Notes under the pieces: generated by a model
Seen by the model: only the letters and a program-made list of their open reading frames with translations
Told to the model about the DNA's origin: nothing
The model's database searches: none
Shown: positions 31,012 through 39,037 of the stretch, in pieces
Position numbering within the stretch: the stretch's first letter is position 1
Layout: every line of letters starts with the position of its first letter
Made by a program: the position numbers and the translations under genes
Origin: Prochlorococcus sp. AG-679-M23
Lineage (GTDB): Bacteria > Cyanobacteriota > Cyanobacteriia > PCC-6307 > Cyanobiaceae
Assembly: GCA_003208875.1 (NCBI GenBank)
Contig: QCUR01000004.1
Span: 1-64,000 of the forward strand
DNA length: 64,000 nt
Reading direction: 5' to 3'

Positions 31012-31137
31012 AACCTTCCTTTGTAACTAGTTACTCTATAAAACGAGTCCACATATGAAGTCAAGCGAAGAAATACTCAATTGTACTTTCAAATAATGAT
31101 ATAAGATGATTAAATATTAAACCTTAAGAGGAAAATC

Positions 31138-31287
31138 ATGACAGACGAAAAACCTCTATTTAAAACTCCTTATGATATTAAAGATGTAAGTGCTCTTTTT
31201 GCGATAGTAGCTTTTGTTTTAATTATTGCTGCCATAGTTGGTAATAATTTATTTGGGATATTTCAACAAAATGTTAATTTTGGCTAA
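31138..31287 (+). CDS. 49-aa single-TM protein (MTDEKPLFKTPYDIKDVSALFAIVAFVLIIAAIVGNNLFGIFQQNVNFG)
   Basis: Hand-read ORF, GAGG SD. Confidence 0.7.
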   Translation: MTDEKPLFKTPYDIKDVSALFAIVAFVLIIAAIVGNNLFGIFQQNVNFG

Positions 31288-31517
31288 TTCATTTTGATCA
31301 TAAGTAATCTAATATCTTCTTCATTAAAAAAACAAGAGCCTGTTCTTTAGTTTCCTCATGAAGGTTAATATCGAGTAATACCCCCTATTTCCCATTTTTG
31401 TTAATTGTATAGATTTATTAATAGAAGATAGTCATATCAATCAATCTAGTATTTTTGCTTATTGATCCCAATAAATTCTTCCAATAATATGAACGGAATT
31501 TATAAAAGGTTTATTTT

Positions 31518-31622
31518 ATGAGTATTCAAAGAAGTCAAAATCATAAGAGACAATCAAAAAGTAATTCAGAATGGCTCGATGTAATGATAAATATTATAGA
31601 CAGAATGAAAAACAAACTTTAG
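31518..31622 (+). CDS. Possible 34-aa peptide (MSIQRSQNHKRQSKSNSEWLDVMINIIDRMKNKL)
   Basis: Hand-read ORF, AAGG upstream. Confidence 0.35.
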   Translation: MSIQRSQNHKRQSKSNSEWLDVMINIIDRMKNKL

Positions 31623-31634
31623 AACGTAATCGTA

Positions 31635-31793
31635 ATGGGATTTCCACATTGCCCTATTTGCGTGGCTTTAGCATTTTTCACTTTTTGTGTAGTGGTCACT
31701 CGCAGCTACATGTTGTTTTTTATTTATAACGAGTCTTTAAAAAGAAGATCTCCTTTTTTACCTATTCCAAAATACAACCTTAATCCTTTATAG
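31635..31793 (+). CDS. 52-aa protein with N-terminal HCPIC motif and TM helix
   Basis: Hand-read MGFPHCPICVALAFFTFCVVVTRSYMLFFIYNESLKRRSPFLPIPKYNLNPL. Confidence 0.55.
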   Translation: MGFPHCPICVALAFFTFCVVVTRSYMLFFIYNESLKRRSPFLPIPKYNLNPL

Positions 31794-32529
31794 CGATCTG
31801 CCAGTAGGGATAATTTATACTTGATTTTTCTCTAATTAATTGTAATTTTCTAGAATTTATTTTTACAACTATTCCGTCAGTTGGATAGTCAGTAAATAAT
31901 TTTTTATCTAACCATTGTTTCCTAAAGACTTGGACTTGGCTTGTGTAATTACAGCTTTTAATGTCTGGGGTGTTGAAGCCAAGTTTTTTAAGATATTGAA
32001 TGGTTTCGTATTGATTAAGCTTTCCATTAATAATTTGGAAACCGCAAAAGCTGATACCTTCTGGAGACCCTGCTGCAGCTCGGACGAAGCCTGATGCAAT
32101 TCTTTGGGAAAAGTTGGGAGATCTATTTGGAGTGAAAAGTTCGCCTCTAATTTGCATAATTCCTGAAACAGGAAGTTTGAGGGGTATGTCTTGAATTTCA
32201 GCAATTTTGTTTGTGACATCTATACCTTTTCTAGAAATGGACTTTTCTAAGTTGCCATCTCTGTATTGCAAAGCAATAGCAATGCCATCAATCTTAGGCT
32301 CTATTAACAATCGAGTATCAGGCAGCAATCCTTCTAAGAATTCATCAATAGAATTCTTTTTTAATGAAGGTAATGGGAGAGATTTTTTATTAGTAAAGTA
32401 ATCGCAATCAGGATCTATTCTTAAAAGATTTTTTTCTAACTGATCAAATTGTTTATCTGTAATTAAGGCATTGCCTATTCTGTAATTGTGGTCGTACCAT
32501 TCGAGTCTCTCTTCAAGATATGTTGTCAT
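31780..32529 (-). CDS. NAD+-dependent DNA ligase N-terminal module only (domain Ia + adenylation domain)
   Basis: YxxxY/DxxFD domain Ia, EPKIDG, IRGE, DGIVVK, WQIAIK then stop; AAGGAG SD. Confidence 0.88.
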   Translation of the reverse strand: MTTYLEERLEWYDHNYRIGNALITDKQFDQLEKNLLRIDPDCDYFTNKKSLPLPSLKKNSIDEFLEGLLPDTRLLIEPKIDGIAIALQYRDGNLEKSISRKGIDVTNKIAEIQDIPLKLPVSGIMQIRGELFTPNRSPNFSQRIASGFVRAAAGSPEGISFCGFQIINGKLNQYETIQYLKKLGFNTPDIKSCNYTSQVQVFRKQWLDKKLFTDYPTDGIVVKINSRKLQLIREKSSINYPYWQIAIKD

Positions 32530-32695
32530 AATTTATTGGCTCCTTTAATATCATATATTTCTTGAAAACTAGATTGATATCTAGTTATATCAACAGATTT
32601 CATATGAAATTATACATTAGTTTCACAAAAGTTTTCTAAAAAATTAACCTTCTTTTGCTATAATAATAAAGTTAAAAATTTAATATTTTTCACCA

Positions 32696-32785
<90 letters not shown>

Positions 32786-32863
32786 TATTTATAGAAAATC
32801 AAATTTAATTTGTGTTTTTGGAAAACCGAAAGCACTTTTTTATTGGAAACAAAAGATTTTTAA

Positions 32864-33586
32864 TTAGTCATATGTTTTTGAAGAGTTTTTGAGTAATTCA
32901 TTCAATTCAAAGAGTTCTTCTTTGGTAAATTCGCGATATTCTCCTGTTGATACGTCTAATTTAATATTCATAATTCTTACACGCTTCAATGATTTTACTC
33001 TAAATCCTAGGGATTCACACATTCTCCTAATCTGACGGTTAAGTCCTTGAGTGAGTATGATTCTGAATTTTTTTGGCCCCAATTGTTTTACGAAACAATT
33101 CTTAGTAATGGTATCTAATATTTCAACGCCATTACTCATGCTTTGAATAAAGTCTCTATTAATCGGCCGATTAACGCTTACGATGTATTCTTTTTCATGA
33201 TTATTTCTTGCTCTGAGTATTTTATTTACGATATCTCCATCGTTAGTTAAGAAAATCAATCCCTCACTGTGCTTATCCAATCTTCCAATTGGAAAAATTC
33301 TTGTAGGATATTTAATGAAATCTATGATATTGTCGGATTCTACTCTTCTATCGGTTGTGCAAACAATTCCAGCAGGTTTATTAAAGACTAAGTATATTTT
33401 TTCGTGTTTCGTTGATTTTTCTATTCTTTGACCTTCAACTTCTACTTGATCTCCATCCTCTACCTTGGTACCCATTTCTGGAATTTGACCATTAATAGTT
33501 ACTTTTCCTTCTTCAATTAGACTATCTGCTACTCTTCTAGAGCAGTAACCGACTTCACTTAAATATTTATTTATCCTAGTAGCCAT
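32864..33586 (-). CDS. rluF: RsuA/RluF-family rRNA pseudouridine synthase
   Basis: S4 domain (RINKYLS...SRR), GRLD, GLNRQIRRM. Confidence 0.8.
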   Translation of the reverse strand: MATRINKYLSEVGYCSRRVADSLIEEGKVTINGQIPEMGTKVEDGDQVEVEGQRIEKSTKHEKIYLVFNKPAGIVCTTDRRVESDNIIDFIKYPTRIFPIGRLDKHSEGLIFLTNDGDIVNKILRARNNHEKEYIVSVNRPINRDFIQSMSNGVEILDTITKNCFVKQLGPKKFRIILTQGLNRQIRRMCESLGFRVKSLKRVRIMNIKLDVSTGEYREFTKEELFELNELLKNSSKTYD

Positions 33587-33899
33587 TTTGTCAAAGTTAC
33601 CTTTTATTTATTTGAAATTTAGTTATTTTCTCGAAAAAAAAAATTAATTGACTTTATTTTAACTAATTGACTTAGTAAGAATAGTTAAATTGCAAATTTG
33701 GAGAGCTACTGTTGCGACTGTTGATTTTGATCTACGACTGGCTGTTTAAATTCTAGTTTTCTTTCGAGTCTCTTGATGACTGACCAAGTTGCGGATTTAT
33801 ATTTAGATAATAGAACTACTTATTGTTTGATCTTAAGGTTTTATTGATTAACTCTTAGCGCGCTTACTTCATTCATCTGAATATTAATAAATCATTTTT

Positions 33900-34190
33900 T
33901 CATAAAAGATGTCTACACATATACCAAAAATGTTCTACATCGATTGTGGTCGTTTTGAACTTATCAGTTTCTATTTTTCTTGAAGATGACCTTTGCATTA
34001 TGACTTTTATTGATGGATGCTTCATTGAATATACAGGTTTAAATCCTGCTTTTTTTGCTTCGTTATGAAGATCTCTCTTTTGATAGGAATCCATTCCACA
34101 AAATAATATAGAGGGTTTATTGTCTAATCCTTCTTCTGATTTCAACATCCTATATTTTAAAACTTTTGCAATCTTTTCTAATTCCCACAT
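33900..34190 (-). CDS. Hypothetical protein, BRCT-domain-like
   Basis: ORF track; ILFCG...AKKAGFKPVYS...IDVEHF resembles BRCT (inference). Confidence 0.65.
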   Translation of the reverse strand: MWELEKIAKVLKYRMLKSEEGLDNKPSILFCGMDSYQKRDLHNEAKKAGFKPVYSMKHPSIKVIMQRSSSRKIETDKFKTTTIDVEHFWYMCRHLL

Positions 34191-34219
34191 TATTATTTAT
34201 TCAAAGAAATAATCAATCA

Positions 34220-34423
34220 TTACTTATAGTATTTAATGACACTAAATACGCCAACAAAAAGGATAACAATTGCAACACCATAAAATACGAAAGGAATAAT
34301 CGGATATTTATATAAAGTATTTCTAACTTTCTGCTTGACCTTATCTTTATTAAATTCGGGTAAAACAAACTCTTTTTCTCTAGGGGGTAAACCCAAATCT
34401 TTCCTTCTTTTAGCTTCTCCCAT
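34220..34423 (-). CDS. DUF2839-family protein
   Basis: MGEAKRRKDLGLPPR signature and C-terminal TM; ATG 34423 preferred. Confidence 0.8.
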   Translation of the reverse strand: MGEAKRRKDLGLPPREKEFVLPEFNKDKVKQKVRNTLYKYPIIPFVFYGVAIVILFVGVFSVIKYYK

Positions 34424-34527
34424 ATTAAAAACAAGACTATTCAAATGGTAATCCAATACAGATCTTATTTGGTTTTAAATACACTGTTTATTTTTGTTTT
34501 TGTTAAAGTTAATTTTTGGAAATAGCT

Positions 34528-34728
34528 ATGGGAAAAGGATTTGCAACAAAAACACAAAGTACCAATAAAACAAAAAAAATAATTACTTCAAAAGAACCCA
34601 AAGGTAGACTCATCTCATGGTCTCCTTGGCCACCAGCAAATTTCCAAACTCGCTATCCTGCTTTTCCCTTGGTTCTCACATTATTAATTATCTTAGTTGG
34701 GCAATGGTATATTTCACTTTTGAGATAA
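34528..34728 (+). CDS. Hypothetical protein with C-terminal TM
   Basis: ORF track; MGKGF start at 34528. Confidence 0.65.
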   Translation: MGKGFATKTQSTNKTKKIITSKEPKGRLISWSPWPPANFQTRYPAFPLVLTLLIILVGQWYISLLR

Positions 34729-34778
34729 TTTAAACCTTCATATTAAATTTAAATTAAGTTGAGGATATTTAAATAAAT

Positions 34779-35375
34779 TTGTTTTTCTTTATCTTATTTT
34801 CTGCACATTTGCAAGCAGTAATTGTCCCAATAATTTTTGGAATTAAATCAATTAATAAATTTAAAAATATAAAAAACCATATTCTAATTCCCTTTGGTTT
34901 TATTTTTTTAGGTTTAGCCTCATTGTTTGAGATGATTGATCATACAAAAACAAATTGGATTTATATAGATCATTCTTCTCTCTTTAATTGGTTTTTTTAT
35001 ACTTTTCTTGCATTAGGCTTAACAAGTTTTACCATATCAGTTATTAAAAATAAATTTGCTATTGGAACAAATATCTTCCTATGTTTTTGCTCAATAGTTT
35101 CCTATTTATTAATTGATAAAACGATCGCTCTCTCATTACAAGTAATTATTAGTATACTCTTGATTATAAATTGGCAACGAATGTTTAAAGATTGGATCTT
35201 CATTGCTTACCCAATATTTGGCATTGTTTTTACAACTTTCTTTGGAACAAATCTATCAATAACTGGAAACCAAATTTGGCATGTTTTTATTGGCCCATCA
35301 GGGACCATTAGTGTAATAACTTTTTATTTAGTATTAATGAGGTCAAAAAATAAATTATCTAAGATTTTGAAATGA
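34779..35375 (+). CDS. Hypothetical polytopic membrane protein
   Basis: Several TM helices; FEMIDH and QIWH motifs. Confidence 0.75.
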   Translation: MFFFILFSAHLQAVIVPIIFGIKSINKFKNIKNHILIPFGFIFLGLASLFEMIDHTKTNWIYIDHSSLFNWFFYTFLALGLTSFTISVIKNKFAIGTNIFLCFCSIVSYLLIDKTIALSLQVIISILLIINWQRMFKDWIFIAYPIFGIVFTTFFGTNLSITGNQIWHVFIGPSGTISVITFYLVLMRSKNKLSKILK

Positions 35376-35701
35376 GCAGATTTATCATTATCTTTTTTTT
35401 AATTTTGCTAACTTTCATCGTTTCACCAAATAAAACGTTAGCTGAAACACCTCTTGATGTTTATATGAATGATTTTTACACTAAATCAAACGAAGCCAGC
35501 AAAATTCTCAAAGAAATAGAAACTACTCTCAAAGAGGGTTCTAGAAAAAATGTATGTTCAAGACAGAGAGAAGCTGCAAGGTTAGGATTATTAGCTAATA
35601 AATCCTTAATTAAAGCATTTGAAGTAGGAGGAACAGAACCACCAATGGAAGCTATACAATCCAGTCAAAAAAGATGGGAATCTATTTTCAATGAATGTTA
35701 A
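35372..35701 (+). CDS. Hypothetical secreted protein
   Basis: Signal peptide, two Cys; ATGA-coupled. Confidence 0.75.
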   Translation: MSRFIIIFFLILLTFIVSPNKTLAETPLDVYMNDFYTKSNEASKILKEIETTLKEGSRKNVCSRQREAARLGLLANKSLIKAFEVGGTEPPMEAIQSSQKRWESIFNEC

Positions 35702-35736
35702 AAAAAATGCAAGTAAACATAAACTTATGAAGTTCT

Positions 35737-36171
35737 TTAAATTTGCATTCTTACAGATTTGCTAATAAACGGTATTTCAGGTTCAACACCATTAATACAC
35801 TGGAAGATAGAAAAAATAAAAATAGATAGTGTAAATATAAATACTATTGAACCAAATTCAACTAAAGGCAAAATACGTAATAGATAACTAATTATGATTA
35901 AAGCAATATCAAGGAGTAATGCTTGGCAAGCGTTATATCTTATGAAATAAGGAACATTTGGATTTCTTACAACTCCTGCAAACAAGATTATAAAAAATAA
36001 TAAACCCCCAAAAGGTAAGGATCTTTCGATTATCGCAACAGGAAATGTAAGCAATAAAAGTACTTTTAAAAAAGAAAATTTATATAATAAAAAATATCCA
36101 AAAGGCAATGAAGCCTTCAGTGGCAAAGTATAAAAAAAAACTGAAGTTGCTCGTTGAATTATTTGATTCAA
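35737..36171 (-). CDS. Tic20/Ycf60-family membrane protein
   Basis: VVRNPNVPYFIRYNACQALLLDI, EIPFISKSVRMQ. Confidence 0.88.
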   Translation of the reverse strand: MNQIIQRATSVFFYTLPLKASLPFGYFLLYKFSFLKVLLLLTFPVAIIERSLPFGGLLFFIILFAGVVRNPNVPYFIRYNACQALLLDIALIIISYLLRILPLVEFGSIVFIFTLSIFIFSIFQCINGVEPEIPFISKSVRMQI

Positions 36172-36261
36172 TTAAAACCTACTCTTTAATATTTAATTTA
36201 ACGTATTTTCATAAAAACCAACTTTACTAAATATCATTGTGTGTAGATAATTAAACTTTAA

Positions 36262-36651
36262 ATGAGAATCTTACACACCATGTTGAGAGTTGGTGATCTA
36301 GATAAGTCTATTGATTTTTATGTAAATAGATTAGGGATGAATCTTATAAGAAGGAAAGATTATCCTCATGGAGAATTTACTTTAGCTTTTGTTGGCTATG
36401 GTTCTGAGAAAGATAATGCAGTAATTGAGTTAACTCATAATTGGAGAAAGAAATCAGAAGACTATGAGCTTGGAAATAAGTATGGACATATCGCTATTGG
36501 TGTAAAAGATATATATGACATTTGCAAGGGATTAGAAGATAACGGCTGTAATGTCACGACTAAACCAAAAACGATGAAAAACAGCACAACTGTTCTAGCA
36601 TTTGTTGAAGATCCTGATGGATATAAGATTGAACTTATTGCAAGAGATTAA
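36262..36651 (+). CDS. gloA: Lactoylglutathione lyase (glyoxalase I)
   Basis: LHTMLRVGDL, IELTHNW, YGHIAI, EDPDGYKIEL. Confidence 0.95.
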   Translation: MRILHTMLRVGDLDKSIDFYVNRLGMNLIRRKDYPHGEFTLAFVGYGSEKDNAVIELTHNWRKKSEDYELGNKYGHIAIGVKDIYDICKGLEDNGCNVTTKPKTMKNSTTVLAFVEDPDGYKIELIARD

Positions 36652-36653
36652 TT

Positions 36654-36806
36654 ATGACAATTTCGGAATTAAATGAAGATACACAGGATCAAATATGCGA
36701 TCTTCTTGAAAATTTGCAGCAAATAGAGAAACTTAAAAATAAAGATATGCGTATTTTGTTAGATAAAATAGTTAGAACTTATGGGGGAAAAGTGGTAAAT
36801 AAATAG
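36654..36806 (+). CDS. Hypothetical 50-aa helical protein (MTISELNEDTQDQICDLLENLQQIEKLKNKDMRILLDKIVRTYGGKVVNK)
   Basis: Hand-read ORF 2 nt after the gloA stop. Confidence 0.65.
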   Translation: MTISELNEDTQDQICDLLENLQQIEKLKNKDMRILLDKIVRTYGGKVVNK

Positions 36807-36836
36807 GTTAGTTTCTAATTATTTTGCTATAAATTA

Positions 36837-36966
36837 ATTGAGGCCAAACCTCAATGAGTTAAATATATATATTTAACTCCAAGACATAGATTGATTACGT
36901 ATAGTTGTGTACTCAATTTAATAACCCTTCTGGTAGTGGGAATTTCTGGAAGGGTTTCTTGCTTTT
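36837..36966 (+). ncRNA. Candidate structured sRNA (four tandem hairpins)
   Basis: Extended -10 TGCTATAAAT upstream; four hairpins ending in a GC-rich stem with T-rich tail; no clear ORF. Confidence 0.5.
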
Positions 36967-36998
36967 ACTTTGCCTTGTCAATACAAAATTAAGTATTA

Positions 36999-37376
36999 AT
37001 GCATAAAACTACAACTTGGCTAATTAGAGGGGTTGTTCTTATTGTTATGGGAGGATGCCTTCTTGCATATTTAAACTTAGAGAAAAAACCATCCTTAATT
37101 TTTTCAGAACCTACTATTGAGGATTTGAAATATAAAGAATTAGATAAGAAACGGGCAAATGCGGAATTTGCTGCAAAAAGAGATTCTATAGACTATGAAA
37201 AATTTGGAAGTACAATTTTTTGTTATTCCTCAATGAATAGCTGGATTGAATCAGTAAATTATTCTAAGCAAATGGATTTGTATATTTTTGGGGAAGATTC
37301 GGATTTATCAGAATGGGATAATGCAATCAAAGATTATGAAAACGAAAGGTCAAGATGTAGAGACTTTAATCCTTAA
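36999..37376 (+). CDS. Hypothetical protein with N-terminal TM anchor
   Basis: ORF track. Confidence 0.7.
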   Translation: MHKTTTWLIRGVVLIVMGGCLLAYLNLEKKPSLIFSEPTIEDLKYKELDKKRANAEFAAKRDSIDYEKFGSTIFCYSSMNSWIESVNYSKQMDLYIFGEDSDLSEWDNAIKDYENERSRCRDFNP

Positions 37377-37564
37377 AGGAATTTTTATTTGCCTAGAGCT
37401 GTGGGTAACTCCAAAGGTCGAAAGTCTTAATCAGATTAGATAACAGTTATCGTATTATAAAATTTATAATCCCGACAAAAATACTACATTCTAAATATAT
37501 TCTAAACAGAATCTATAGACAATTTGAATAGATTAAACTATTCTTAGATTACAGCTAAAAATTT

Positions 37565-38056
37565 ATGTCCAAGAATTGGTCTTACATTAGAGATGAATGG
37601 CTTAAGAGCACAACTATTGCTGAGGATGACGCAAAGTGGGCGTTAGAAGCTTTAATTAATACCGAAGAAGATTTATTTGAAATTGAGAGGAAATTTAAAA
37701 ATAATCAAGATGCATTAGGACAAGTTAGAACTTTAAAGAAAAAAGTTAAAGAAACTATATCTACAAAAGAAACAAGCCTCGATGACATTGCTTTAAATAC
37801 TTCTAATTCAAACAAAGTTCAAATTTCCGTCCCATCAAATCTCAATTATCTTTTAAAGGTTTGGGCAGCTGCAGAAGGCCGAGATCTATCAAGTGTTGCA
37901 TTTCAGTGTTTAGAAACTGGTCTTAGAGAAATGAAGAGCAAAGGTTCAATTCCATCAATAGCAATAAATCGATATGATTCCGCTTGTCAGAAAAGAATTG
38001 CTTTAGCAGAAGTAAATAATTTATTAGAAAAATATGAAATTTCTCAAAGCGAATAA
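37565..38056 (+). CDS. Protein with ribbon-helix-helix (CopG/Arc-like) domain
   Basis: VQISVPSNLNYLLKVWAAAEGRDLSSVAFQCL beta-helix-G-helix pattern. Confidence 0.7.
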   Translation: MSKNWSYIRDEWLKSTTIAEDDAKWALEALINTEEDLFEIERKFKNNQDALGQVRTLKKKVKETISTKETSLDDIALNTSNSNKVQISVPSNLNYLLKVWAAAEGRDLSSVAFQCLETGLREMKSKGSIPSIAINRYDSACQKRIALAEVNNLLEKYEISQSE

Positions 38057-38063
38057 AAATAAA

Positions 38064-38453
38064 ATGATATTTAAAAAATACACTAATAAAGAATATCGTA
38101 AATTGATTGCATCATCTTTAAATCTAGCTCCTCAAAAATCTAAATTTGGAATAGTTTATACTCTTTATTCTGATAGATTTAATTTAATAGAAGTAGGCTT
38201 TGCTGAAAATGATAAAATCCTGAAAAATAAGATTTTGCAAAGCAATTCAATTTTATTAGATAAAAAGAAAGGTAAAGAACAAGACCTTAATTTATTAATA
38301 AAAACTCTAAATGAATTGGATATAAATTTTTCTAGTAGATTAAATTTCAGATATTCAAATATCTTAATAAGACATTTATTTACTTTAGGATGGCCCGTGG
38401 GGCGATCACTTTATAAACAGAGAAAAATCAAAAAAGAACTTTCATTAGCTTAA
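38064..38453 (+). CDS. Hypothetical protein, degenerate GIY-YIG/T5orf172-like
   Basis: GIVYTLYSDRFNLIEVGFAE; ATG 38064 preferred (38034 overlaps upstream gene). Confidence 0.6.
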   Translation: MIFKKYTNKEYRKLIASSLNLAPQKSKFGIVYTLYSDRFNLIEVGFAENDKILKNKILQSNSILLDKKKGKEQDLNLLIKTLNELDINFSSRLNFRYSNILIRHLFTLGWPVGRSLYKQRKIKKELSLA

Positions 38454-38455
38454 AT

Positions 38456-38929
38456 TTAGATATAATCGCATTCTAATGTTTCCCTAGTTTCTCTATTAGT
38501 AAAAGGATTAGTTCCAGAGGCGTCTTTACAAAATTCCCTTACAACATCCCTTGGCAAGTAGACATTTGTGAAATCTGCGCCTTGAATTTTTACATTTTCA
38601 AATTGTGTACTATAAGCAAAAGAATCCTCTAAATTAGTATTTGTTAAATCAGTTCCATCTAATACGGCTGAGTCTAGAGTAACTTCTCTTAAATTAGAAT
38701 TACTTAAATTAGTATCCTTTAATTTTGCGCCATATAAGCTTGCATTTTGAAGATCACAATCTGATAAATTTGCATCCTGTAAATCCGTCAAATAGAAAGT
38801 TGCACCTTGTAAATCAGATCCCGAAAAATCAGTTCCTAATAATGATTGTTTGCCGTAATCTAATGCTGCGAAACAACTCAATGGAAAGATTAAAGTAATC
38901 GAACAAAAAATCAATATTATAAATCTCAT
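38456..38929 (-). CDS. Secreted/lumenal pentapeptide repeat protein
   Basis: Signal peptide; A(D/N)Lxx repeats. Confidence 0.92.
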   Translation of the reverse strand: MRFIILIFCSITLIFPLSCFAALDYGKQSLLGTDFSGSDLQGATFYLTDLQDANLSDCDLQNASLYGAKLKDTNLSNSNLREVTLDSAVLDGTDLTNTNLEDSFAYSTQFENVKIQGADFTNVYLPRDVVREFCKDASGTNPFTNRETRETLECDYI

Positions 38930-39037
38930 TTAAATCTAAAAATGTTTAAATAAATTCTAACTTCTTAAGTTGAAAACAAGAAATATATTTTTAACTGAAT
39001 GCTATATTTGTTGATATGAAAAATATAAAAGTAGATT

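Noticed and set aside
33706..33876. Possible decayed minus-strand ORF with two internal TAA stops
   Set aside because: No recognisable homology; cannot be told from random sequence without a search
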